DNA from: Takakia lepidozioides
Lineage: Eukaryota > Plantae > Bryophyta
Assembly: GCA_030704615.1 (NCBI GenBank)
Contig: CM060732.1
Coordinates: 62,930,001 to 62,994,000 of the forward strand
DNA length: 64,000 bases
Reading direction: 5' to 3'
A program made the position numbers and the translations under genes. Positions within the stretch are counted from its first letter, which is position 1. Each line of letters opens with the position of its first letter. Shown here one piece after another: positions 1-11,180 of the stretch. The notes under the pieces were generated by a model. The model was not told the DNA's origin, did no database searches, and saw only the letters and a list, made by a program, of their open reading frames with translations.

Positions 1-406
1 TCGTAGCTACTGTACCACCAGTCCCACTGCTGCTTGCTGAAGCTGCCGGTGCAGCGGCAGGTGTAGCCACTGCCCTCGTGGCTCTAGTGCCCCTAGTGAT
101 GGAGACATAGTCGGGTGACCAGTACATCCTCCACTCCTCGATCTCAACCTCATGCCCCCGCCTGAACTCATGGTAATCATCCATAGGCGGCCCCTCAAGG
201 TGCTGAAACAGCCCTTTCCATGCCATGAACGGCGTAAATAGTTGTGGATTGCGCATTTGCTGCAAATCACACCAACTATCAAACTCTTGGATAAAATCAT
301 CCAACTCAATGGTGCCCACCGCCCCAGAGTATCTTCGTGGCCCCTTGGTAGCTCCATACATCTCCTCCATTGTGTCCCACAATAATGGCAAAGAAACAAC
401 TTGCAT
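1..406 (-). CDS. Partial Gag-like ORF of a Ty3/gypsy-type LTR retrotransposon (runs off the left window edge)
   Basis: Minus-strand frame from ATG at 406 stays open to position 1: MQVVSLPLLWDTMEEMYGATKGPRRYSGAVGTIELDDFIQEFDSWCDLQ...WKGLFQHLEGPPMDDYHEF. The YSG...DDFIQEFDSW...HLEGP spacing resembles retrotransposon gag capsid N-termini. It is absent from the ORF track, probably because there is no stop in the window. Confidence 0.6.
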   Translation of the reverse strand, partial: MQVVSLPLLWDTMEEMYGATKGPRRYSGAVGTIELDDFIQEFDSWCDLQQMRNPQLFTPFMAWKGLFQHLEGPPMDDYHEFRRGHEVEIEEWRMYWSPDYVSITRGTRATRAVATPAAAPAASASSSGTGGTVAT

Positions 407-631
407 CGCCGGTATGAGCCCTCCTGATTCACAATCCGAATCAGAACATTCCGTGGAAGACACAGGAGGTGAAGGTGGCCTAAACCGCACACCTCGTCTC
501 GTGTACCCACTAGTATCGCTAGTGCTCGAACCGGCACTGTCCCCAGCACTAGTGGCACCTCCGTGTTGACATTCAACCGGTCATGAACATGTCCCTAACC
601 CCCTCTCCACAAGGTAACCGGGTAGAGAACC

Positions 632-3600
632 TGTTGCGGCTTATGGTTTGGAATACTAAGTTCCTAACATAGCCTACACCTGAACTTGCATGACCATGGG
701 AATATCATGAAGATACTCCTCAAACCGCCCTCCACGAGCTTCAAAATTCGGCCTTCCAGACCACATGCCAGTCCTTAGTCCACCAGTGCCTCCACGAGTC
801 AGCACAGGCCATCCACAGGTCAACACGGGCCACCACAGACCAGCACAGGCCCACACAGCTCACTGGTCACAGCCGTCACAGTCCCACAGGCCACTGGGCA
901 CAGCCTGTCACAGCCCCTCACAGCTCGTCACAGCCTCAAAGGCCTCAGGCACAGCCTGTCACAGCCCCTCACAGCCGTCACAGCCCCAAAGGCCATGGGC
1001 ACGGCCTGTCACAGCCCCTCACAGCCCGTCACAGCCTCAAAGGCCTCAGGCACGGCCTGTCACAGCCCATCACAGCCCCAAAGGCCTCAGGCACGGCCTG
1101 TCACAGCCCCTCACAGCCCGTCACAGCCCCAAAGGCCTCAGGCGCGGCCTGTCACAGCCCCTCACAGCCCGTCACAGCCCCAAAGGCCATGGGCACGGCC
1201 TGTCACAGCCCCTCACAGCCCGTCACAGCCTCAAAGGCCTCAGGCACGGCCTGTCACAGCCCATCACAGCCCCAAAGGCCTCAGGCACGGCCTGTCACAG
1301 CCCATCACAGCCCCAAAGGCCTCAGGCACGGCCTGTCACAGCCCCTCACAGCCCGTCACAGCCCCAAAGGCCTCAGGCGCGGCCTGTCACAGCCCCTCAC
1401 AGCCCGTCACAGCCCCAAAGGCCATGGGCACGGCCTGTCACAGCCCCTCACAGCCCGTCACAGCCTCAAAGGCCTCAGGCACGGCCTGTCACAGCCCCTC
1501 ACAGCCCGTCACAGCCCCAAAGGCCTCAGGCACGGCCTGTCACAGCCCCTCACAGCCCATCACAGCCCCAAAGGCCTCAGGCACGGCCTGTCACAGCCCC
1601 TCACAGCCCGTCACAGCCTCAAAGGCCTCAGGCACGGCCTGTCACAGCCCCTCACAGCCCGCCACAGCCTCAAAGGCCTCAGGCACGGCCTGTCACAGCC
1701 CCAAAGGCCTCAGGCACGGCCTGTCACAGCCCCTCACAGCCCATCACAGCCCCAAAGGCCATGGGCACAGCCTGTCACAGCCCGTCACAGCCCCACAGGC
1801 CTCAGGGCACAGCCTGTCACAGCCCCGCACAGCCCGTCACAGCCCCAAAGGCCATTGGGCACAGCCTGTCACAGCCTGACACAGCCCGTCACAGCCCCAC
1901 AGGGCACAGGGCACAGCCTGTCACAGCCCATCACAGCCTCAAAGGCCTCAGGCACGGCCTGTCACAGCCCCTCACAGCCCATCACAGCCCCAAAGGCCAT
2001 GGGCACAGCCTGTCACAGCCCGTCACAGCCCCACAGGCCTCAGGGCACAGCCTGTCACAGCCCGCACAGCCCGTCACAGCCCCAAAAGGCCACTGGGCAC
2101 AGCCTGTCACAGCCTGACACAGCCCGTCACAGCCCCACAGGGCACAGGGCACAGCCTGTCACAGCCCATCACAGCCTGTCACAGCTTGCCACAGCTTGCC
2201 ACAGCCCATCACAGCCCATCACAGCCGCAAAGGCCTCAGGCACGGCCTGTCACAGCCCCTCACAGCCCATCACAGCCCCAAAGGCCATGGGCACAGCCTG
2301 TCACAGCCCGTCACAGCCCCACAGGCCTCAGGGCACAGCCTGTCACAGCCCCGCACAGCCCGTCACAGCCCCAAAGGCCACTGGCACAGCCTGTCACAGC
2401 CTGACACAGCCCGTCACAGCCCCTCACAACCCATCACAGCCCCAAAGGCCATGGGCACAGCCTGTCACAGCCCGTCACAGCCCCAAAAGGCCACTGGGCA
2501 CAGCCTGTCACAGCCTGACATAGCCCGTCACAGCCCCACAGGGCACAGGGCACAGGGCACAGCCTGTTACAGCCCATCACAGCCTGTCACAGCTTGCCAC
2601 AGCCCGTCACAGCTCGCCACAGCCTGACACAGCCCGTCACAGCCCGTCACAGCTTGCCACAGCCTGTCACAGCCCCACACATGGCCGCTCTGGCAGTTTA
2701 GCCATTTCTCCAAGGGGTTTAGCCACGCCAAGCTAGGGTTTGTGTCTCTTGGACTCTAGGCTTCTTTCCACCGAGCTATGGTGGCTGTGAGGAAATCAGC
2801 AAGGTATTCTTGCTCTTTCGGCTCCCACACACCACCATAGTAGCCCTAAGCCATGAGGTGGTTGCCACAAACCAAGCCTTCTTTCTCACTTAGCCTCCCC
2901 AAACACGCCACTAAACTCAATGGCAAACAACCAAGCCCTGCTGGTTCCCAGCCCTTGTGAGCACTCATTCAAGCACTCTCCTTGGCCATAGCATCTGTCT
3001 TAGAGCCTATTCCAGCCCCCTACACCTGCTGCTTCAAGAGTTGCGCTCCCTTCAAGCTTGAAGTTGAAACCCCAACTCACATAGGCCCTACAAGTGCTTT
3101 TCTTTCACTCCAAGTGGAAACCAGCCCTAGACCTTCCGTTCTAGCTCTCTAAAGCTTGAAAACAAGAGCCTCAATGGGCTGAAGGCATGCTCCACACATG
3201 CCCCACTCTCACCATAAGAGAATCAGCTCCTTTGCTTCATTTCTTGCACCCACAAACCCGAAAATACAAGCTTCAGCAGGCTGAAAGCATGCTCCACATG
3301 CCCTACAGGGAAACCAGCCCCCTCTTCCTTGCTTGCCCTCCAAGCTTGAAGATGGAAGCTTCAATGAGCTGAATACATGCTCCACACATGCAACCTCTTC
3401 ACACAAGAGATATCAGCCCCCTATCTTGGCTCCTTGGCTCCTTGATGCTCTCTAAGATAAGATTAAGCACTCCACAGCCTTTGCCAAGTTCCTGAAACCC
3501 TAAGGCTTACATTTCCAGCCACAAGACACTTCTCTTGTGGTGCAAGAGCTCTTCTTCCAAGCTCTGAAACCCTAGGTGCACATTCCATGGCCTTGCCGCA

Positions 3601-4433
3601 CATCTTAGCTCCTGTTCCAGCCCTGCTTTTGCCATGACAAGAGCCCTCTCAATGCTGAAGCTCGAGATTGAAACCCAATCTCACCATACTCCACAAAGTG
3701 CACTGATTTGCCCCAAGCAAAATCAGCCCTTTCGCTTGGTCTTGCAATCCTTCACACAATGAAAGCTCGCATTCCCAAGTCCAGTTCTCAGCTTTGCCAC
3801 CAAAGCCACTATAACCTGCTCTTGACTGGTCCTCTTCCCAATCGTGCTTGCTCATGCATGTACACAATCTGGAACCATCAAGGTGCTCTGGAATTACCTG
3901 CAGCATGGTGCTTTCATCTCTGAAGCTGAAGATCGAATGCCAAGGTCTACCACCTCGTAACCCACATCGCCTCCGCTTCTAACAACTAAGAGCTCCACGG
4001 TGCTCCTTGCATAACAACCTGGTTTCTCTCATTCTCAAGCAAAAACCACAAGTGCTACAACTAACTCGTATCTGGCACTCATAGATACGAGCTGATCTTT
4101 CTCGAGTGATAAAGAAGAAGAATACAAGCACAAGCTCATGCGAGCTCACAAAGCTGAAGCATAAACTCATGCATATATAACCTCATCACTCAAATACAAG
4201 TCAAGCCAAGTGCACCCCACGCCATGGGGAATCCACACTACGGCGCCATAGCTAGGCGCGGTGAGGCTCAACTCGAGAAAGATGAGCCTCCCGCGCTTGC
4301 CGTGAAGATAACCACTCCAGGGCCTAAATCTGCCTTGACCCCTGGATTGACACTTGGGCCAATCCCAAATGTCAATATGTAAAAGCTAGCTATTTCCTAG
4401 CTAGTTTCACACTAGTGGTAAAATAACTTGACA
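632..4433 (-). mobile_element. Putative long 5' LTR / 5' non-coding region of the gypsy-like element
   Basis: On the minus strand it begins TGTCAAG (plus ...CTTGACA ending 4433) and could end ...GCAACA (plus TGTTGC at 632), just upstream of gag. Sequence character changes abruptly at 4434. No canonical TGG PBS was recognised, so the boundaries are tentative. Confidence 0.4.
840..2676. repeat. Tandem array: 51-bp higher-order unit built from 10-bp GTCACAGCCC subunits
   Basis: Unit GGCACGGCCTGTCACAGCCCCTCACAGCCCGTCACAGCCCCAAAGGCCTCA (copies start at e.g. 1090 and 1141), with 41-bp and CAAAGGCCATG variants. Confidence 0.95.
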
Positions 4434-4465
4434 AGTGGCTGTTTTCTTCTGAAATATGGAGGACG

Positions 4466-6187
4466 ATTAAGGCATCGTTGACGATGCCTTATTCTGGCCT
4501 GTAAAATGTACGTAGAGGCATGGTTTGAGGCAGAGATGAACATGATTAGGGGTGGATAGTCTGCCTAGTGAGGGGACGTTCGAAACCAAAAATATGAATG
4601 GTATTAAGGCATCACCGACGATGCCTTAATCTGGAGTGAAAACCTAGTTTTGATTGGACTTTCAAGCAGAGATGAAGAGGATCCAAGGTGGAGAGTATCA
4701 AAATTCAGTGGCTGTTTTAAACAGAAATAAGGAGGCAGATTAAGGCATCGTTGACAACACCTTAATCTGGCCTGTCAAATACACTTTTCATGCATACTTT
4801 GAAGCAGATCTGAACAGGATTAGTGGTGGGTAGTCTGCACTTTGAGGGATGTCTTGAAAATAAATGAAGATGCGAATTAAGGCATCGTTGACGATACCTT
4901 AATCTGGAGTGTAAAATCTGTTTCTGGGGATACTATGAAACAGAGAGGAACACGATCTGGGGTGGAGAATATGCTCATTGAAGGGCTGTTTTACATATAA
5001 ACAAGGAGGCAGATTAAAGGCATCGTTGACGATACCTTAATGTGGAGTGTAAAATCTGTTTCTGGGGATACTATGAAACAGAGAGGAACACAATCAGGGG
5101 TTGAGAATATGCTCATTGGAGGGCTGTTTTAAACATAAACAAGGAGGCAGATTAAGGCATCGTTGACGACACCTTAATCTGGCCTGTCAAATACACTTTT
5201 TCAGGTATACTTTGAAGCAAATATGAACAGGATTAGTGGTGGGTAATCTGCACTTTGAGGGATGTCTAGAACATAAATGAAGATGCGAATTAAGGTATCG
5301 TTGACGATACCTTAATCTGGAGTGTAAAATCTGTTTCTGGGGATACTATGAAATAGAGAAGAACTCGATCAGGGGTGGAGAACATGCTTATTGAAGGGTT
5401 GTTTTAAATACAATCAAGGAGGCAGATTAAGGCATCATTGACAATACCTTAATGTGGAGTGTAAAATCTGTTTCTGGGGATACTATGAAACAGAGAGGAA
5501 CACGATCAAGGGTTGAGAATATGCTCATTGGGGGGCTGTTTTAAATATAAACAAGGACGCAGATTAAGGCATCGTTGACGATGCCTTAATCTGAAGTGTA
5601 AAATCTGTTTCTAGGGATACTATGAAACAGAGAGGAACACGATCAGGGGAGGGGAATATGCTCATAGAAGGGTTGTTTTAAATATAAACAAGGAGGCAGA
5701 TTAAGACATCGTTAACGACACCTTAATCTGGCCTGTCAAATACACTTTTCAGGCATACTTTGAAGCAAATATGAACATGATTATTGGTGGATAGTCTGCA
5801 CTTTGAGGGATGTCTAGAACATAATTGAAGATGCGAATTAAGGCATCGTTGACGATACCTTAATCTGGAGTGTATAAACTGGACTTCAATTCATAGAGGA
5901 AGAGGATGGGGTGTGGAGAGTAGTCACATTGAATGAGTGTTTCAAACAGAAAAAAAGAGGCAGATTAAGGCATCGTTGACGACACCTTATTTTGTCCTGT
6001 CAAATACACATTGATGCTTACTTTGAATCGGAGAGGAACAGTGTCATGGGTCCAGAGTGTGACGACAGACGACAGCTTGATCTATGATGTATACTTTGAA
6101 GCATATGAAGTGTATTTTTCAATAGGTGGGCGTATTTAGAAGCAGGGAGGAAGAGTCATAATAAGGCATTGCTGACGACACCTTAAT
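4466..6187. repeat. ~137-bp-period array of a 28-bp palindrome ATTAAGGCATCGT-TG-ACGATGCCTTAAT (13 copies)
   Basis: Copies start at about 4466, 4603, 4739, 4876, 5013, 5151, 5289, 5426, 5563, 5700, 5837, 5964 and 6160. The spacers belong to two related types (CTGGCCTGTCAAATACAC... and CTGGAGTGTAAAATCTG...). The palindrome contains stops in all three forward frames. Confidence 0.95.
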
Positions 6188-6218
6188 AGTGGTCTGAATC
6201 TGTTGTGGGAAAACACAA

Positions 6219-9200
6219 ATGAATGCAGAAAAAAAGGAAGAAGGCGGGGAAAGCCAGCCTGCACAGGAGACATCTGTTCCTGATACTCAAGATGAAGACC
6301 CATCTGACAATTACGAAGATAAAGTGCATTCATTGATGTATACCTCCAAGGTAAACTCCAGGAAGGTCATAAATTCCATGGAAGTTCGGGACAACACTCT
6401 TATGATTCCCTTATGTAGGATGATTTCCATGCCTGCCGTTTGTCCAGCCCTGCATCATGATATCAAGAAGCTACACGGTGATTTCATCCACGGGTACATG
6501 AAGGGCTCCGCAATTTTTTACGTTTCAGTGACAGACATCCAGGGATCAGAAAAACTGGTTGACGAAGAGATTATGGCCGGTTGGGACCCGCTTTGGAATG
6601 AGGTGAATTCGGAGTTTGAGGCAGAGCTTTCCCAGAACCCATCTCACATGCAGTACATGGGGAAGATGTTCTTCGTATGGGATGGTAATCACCGTTTGGT
6701 TGCCTGGATGGAATATATCACGAGAATGTATGCCGACAACAAAGACTGACACCACCGAGTTCTGTCAATGGTTTTGGATCCACAAGGCAAAATAACCCAA
6801 CTTCTGACTGTCATGCACGATGTCAACAAGTAAGTCTTGTTTTGTTTTCCTCTTTGTGAACTACATTTCTGTCCCTCGGTTCAAGATTCTTGTACTCATT
6901 TGTTTTCAATGCAAGGGCACGGAGACATCACACGTCACCATGAACATAGTGCATACATTGTTTCGGATGCAAAGTATAGGAGTCATGCCGTTGGAAACAT
7001 TCTCCAACGTCTTGTCTGCGGAGACACTGAAGAAATGCCAGACATCAAGAAGTCTGAAACTTGGTACAATATGACGAGGGAAGCTTTCCTCGAGTACTTG
7101 TACGTGGTAAGACTAGTCCCTTGACTGTTTTGAGTTTTCTTTCATTTTTGGTTTGAAGTTGTCCCTACATGGCCTGAGATGTAATAATAGGCCACCGTTC
7201 TTGTGTCACAGCAAGAAATTGCAGATGCTGGAGAGCGAGCGAAGCTAGAGTATTATGCCACTACTCCGGAGGAAGAGAGAACAGCAAATGGGGTGGAGAC
7301 CAAAATGAAAGATGAGATGGATACGGCAAGGAAAAACCTCAAAAGTGCGTTTGACAAGAACATACGAATTGCTGACCCTGGGCTAGGAAGGGGGTTTCTA
7401 GAGCAGATTCGGATACACTGGAACAAGCCCACCAAGCCTGAGATGACACATGAAAAGATCCACCGTCTGTTGATTTCTATGGTTGAGCCGGCTCAAAAAG
7501 TGAGGTGGCTCGAAATCTGGAACTCCGATCCAATCGTCCGGGACACAAACAATTTCCCAAAACCGCATAGGGACCCTGAGACAGGAGTGGTGTCACCAGT
7601 GAGCGACCGTGCATTTGAGACATGGTTGCACAAAGCCACCTTATGGAGCCAAGTAAGCCAAACGTTCCACATTGTTCGCAATGACTTCATTGTTTTTATG
7701 GTTGAACCACTGGAGATATGGTCGTTCTTTTTGCAGCTGGAGAAGCGGGCCATTGAAACATTGGAGAAGTCACTACTAGACTACAAAATCACCATGACAT
7801 CTCCCAACATCAAGTTTGAGTCCTACGTTCGTAAATGGAGAAGAGAGCTCTGGAAGTATGCATTTTTCCGGGAGTTCGAGAAGGAGGGAGGGATTCTTTG
7901 ATCTAAAGATTTCGATCATCAGTACAACGGCGAGGAGGCAATGAAACGTCTGCTGTACAGGTGTGTGCACTGACTCAATTCTCTTTCTGTGAGGGGGAAA
8001 TTAAGGTGTCGTCAATGACACCTTAATTTGCACATTATAGGTATGCCCATATCCTGCTTACAGTGGACCTTCTGGGACTTTCATCCTGTAAGGGGGTTTG
8101 ATTTAAGGTGGCCTCAATCTCTGCACCTCTGTCCTTACTTTCAATTGCAATGCAGTCTTGTGCAGTTCTGTATTGTGTCATTCTCTTGTTTGATTGTTAT
8201 TTGAGAGATGGAATTAAGGTGTCGTTGACGATACCTTAAATCCATGCCCTCTTGGGATGAGTTTGCCATGAAGGGGGTTCTTACATGGTCTGATTGTTTG
8301 GAAAATTAGCAACATCAGTTATGGAGTCATGCCTCTTAGTGCCTGGATTAAGATGTCGTTGACGACACCTTAATCCTTAGAGTGAAATGCAGCCATTTAT
8401 GGCAGTTCAATGGCCATTTCTGTTGCGTTCAAGGAAACTCTCTAAGCGGGATGGTCTTATTGTCTGCAGGTACTTTCGCTTTGTTCTTATTCTGAAGAAC
8501 ACATTGAGTGAGGATCCAGACTTCATTCGTGGATGGGCGAACCCAAACGATGAAACCACAATGTACACTGCTGGCATTGTGAAGGATTGGGGTCGGGCAC
8601 ATTACCATGACTGTGGGTGGTATGTGAATTGCCCCAGAGCTTCGACTCCCTGGGAGGAGAATGTCATGAGGAATCAGAACGAAAACGCAGATTCACTGGC
8701 CCCCCGGACAAATGAGGAGTTGCAGCAAAGAGCCTTGGCGCTACTGAATAAGAAAGAGCCTACAAAACCGGCCACCCCTACTGACGGCAAGAAGAAAAAG
8801 AAGGGGAAACAGATAGTGGAGGCTTCAGTGGCTGCTGGGGCTGCTGGGGAAGCAATGGCAGACCTTGCTGACATTGTTGGGCTAGCTGGGGGTTCTATTG
8901 ATTTGACTGTGCAATCTGCCAAGAAACAGCAGACACAGGTCGCCATCACATCCACCGCGGTAGATCGGCGCAGTACACACATAGCAAAGAAACGCCTTTA
9001 CGAAGCACGGCTGTGTGTGTCCATGGTGGTGGCCCCGCACTTCCAGCGTAAAACAGCCAACGATGGAGTCAAGAAAGTCCACTTTCGTGGGTGTCAAGTC
9101 ACCTACATGGGACCATCTGTGCTCTTTCCTCACCATGGTGAGCACGCCACATCTATCGTACTCTGGTCATTTTTGTTGCATTGTTGGGGGAGCGTAGGTG

Positions 9201-10308
9201 GTGCATTAAGGTGTCGTCAACGACATCTTAATATGGGAGGTACAACGGATCACTAGTTCGGGTGTTTCCACTGCAATTTGTCAATCTCATTCGATTGCCT
9301 GTCCTCATTTTAGGTGACCAGGACGCCATGTTGGGTGAATGGAGTGCAGCAGCCCTACGCGACAGATCTTGTCATCCTTGACATCCCAGATGGGCTTCCA
9401 GTGCCTGATATCATTCCCACAGATGTGACTCCAGCCTGGAATGCTCATAATCCACTTTACTGGCAGTGGGCCTTCTCTTTCAGCAACAAGTTTCTGTCTG
9501 ACGCTGGGTCGCTTTTGATACAGGGTGAGGACATGGCATCCCGCCGGATGCGTCACATCTACATGAAGTCCTCGGGGTTCAAAATCCGCAAAATTTGGAC
9601 CTGTGTCAATACCCTGCCACTATCTAGTGCAGAGTTTCCCGGGCAGAAGGTACTCGCCTGGGCTTTGTTGTGTGTTATTGTTTCGTGAAATTTCTCTTCA
9701 CAACGTTTCTAACATTGGTGCTGCTGCAGACACATGTGTTCAAGGCCATTTGTCTTGCTCAAATTCGGCCAGACACCACTCTTGCTCATGTTGGCCATTT
9801 CGACGTTTGGGAAGGGGGGCTTCACATAGACCCGGAATGCGACCCTGTGGAATCCGATGTTATCCACAACTATGTGGACTCCTCGCAGACATTGAAAAAA
9901 ACTGGTGGCATTCCATGACGAGGTGCTCGGGAGAAGTCACCTGCTTTCATGCAGTTTTTGATCGAGACATGCAGCCGGCATGGTGGGAAAGTGGTGGACC
10001 TGTCCATGGGTACAGTTTGGTGCCCAATCAAATTCCATTTCTTGGGTGCACTTCTTTGCCTTCAGATTGTGCTTCTTACTTTGTTTCGTGGATCCATTTC
10101 CACTGTTGCAGGGGCTTCCTTCCATGCATGCAAGTATGCAGGCAGGCATTTTTTTGGGATGGAGGGGGACGAGCAGCTCTACTCTCAAGTCATCGCACCT
10201 TTGTCTGGGGGTTCATCGCATTCGACCCAGACTGAGAACATTGTTGTGGAGCAGGATCTGCAAGAGCCCGATGCTCTGGATGTTGATTCCGATTTCTCAT
10301 GTGAGTAA
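6219..10308 (+). pseudogene. Spliced gene for a ParB/Sulfiredoxin-like domain + beta-class (N6A/N4C-type) DNA methyltransferase-fold protein, pseudogenised
   Basis: Approximate exons: 6219/6229-6829, 6915-7106, 7212-7651, 7737-7960, 8470-9137, 9314-9649, 9730-10016, 10112-10308. The N-terminus has FFVWDGNHRLVAW (ParB/Srx GxxR box). The C-terminus has DLVILDIPDG (motif IV-like), then (W)RGAREKSPAFMQFLIETCSRHGGKVVDLSMGTGASFHACKYAGRHFFGMEGD (motifs X-I-II). Lesions: in-frame TGA at 6747, 7899 and 9916; frameshifts near 7040 and 9075; damaged splice sites near 6914 and 10017. Confidence 0.8.
7998..9232. repeat. Four dispersed intronic copies of the 28-bp palindrome
   Basis: ATTAAGGTGTCGTCAATGACACCTTAAT (~8000), ATTAAGGTGTCGTTGACGATACCTTAA (8213), ATTAAGATGTCGTTGACGACACCTTAAT (8347) and ATTAAGGTGTCGTCAACGACATCTTAAT (9205). 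All lie inside predicted introns 7961-8469 and 9138-9313. Confidence 0.9.
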
Positions 10309-11092
10309 GTGCTAGTTCAGTTGTGGCAATTCACTGACATGACGGCGCATCCTTCCATTTCCATCCTTCCTGCACAAGTTGGGCCAGCTGAATGTATATG
10401 GACTTACATTGTTTGTTTGTGTGTACAGGAGCCCAAGGTCGCCACGGTTCCTCCCTTTCTTTGCTAACCCACAATTTTTCCCAAATCCGAAAGCAGATTT
10501 TAAATTGCCATGTTATGCGGAGGCTGTAGCTTCGGAATATAGTCTCCTCTCTTCTCCCCTTGGTTTGCTTTTAAACAGAGAGGGTTTTGTGCAAAGCAGG
10601 TCAATCAAGTCATATTGAGGACTTGATCACGGACCTGGAAGTATATGCAGTGGCATGATGACCTTGCTGAACAGTTCTGCCTTCGTTTTGGACGCCGACT
10701 CCAGTAGCACAAAATATTCTTCGTCGGAATTAATCTTCAGTTCTTAAACAATTTACTTTGAAGCACCAAATGGTCTCTCCACCTTCTTTGCAACTGTGTG
10801 TCAGCAACTATGTCGACTTCTGATTGCTGATGAAAGGACAATCACAACCCTCACCAGTGGGCAAAAGTTCAGTGTAGAGGTAGGGGGATTTAGCAACCAC
10901 TACTCAAAAATGCATCTTAGTTTTGCATTCATCTACAAACTATATTCATCCATGTACCATTCGTCAAACATCCTTTCATCCCCCGTTCATCCCCCGTTCA
11001 TCCATCGTTCATCCATAACGATGAATGACGTATGCATGATACACAACCCGCAGTAATAGGTCCTCTAGGCCGAATAGGTGTCCGCGGTTATA

Positions 11093-11180
11093 GGTGAGCA
11101 CATGCAGATCCGTGAGCAGAATTCTGTTCACGGAATTTTCTGCTCATTGAATCTGCTCACGGTTTAGCAATCCCCTACTG
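11093..11180. mobile_element. Possible transposon right end with short direct/inverted subterminal repeats
   Basis: CCGTGAGCAGA (11110), TCTGTTCACGG, TCTGCTCA and TCTGCTCACGG (11152) are clustered just before CCCCTACTG (11172-11180). Confidence 0.35.

Noticed and set aside
7-576. 189-aa minus ORF and 114-aa plus ORF from the track
   Set aside because: Alternative frames over the gag-like ORF, with no recognisable motifs.
765-2627. Long plus-strand ORFs (450, 294 and 444 aa)
   Set aside because: Artefacts of the stop-free 51-bp (17-codon) tandem repeat, which is open in all three frames.
4466-6187. CRISPR array
   Set aside because: The spacers are ~109 bp and homologous to one another, there are no cas genes, and the context is intron-containing plant DNA.
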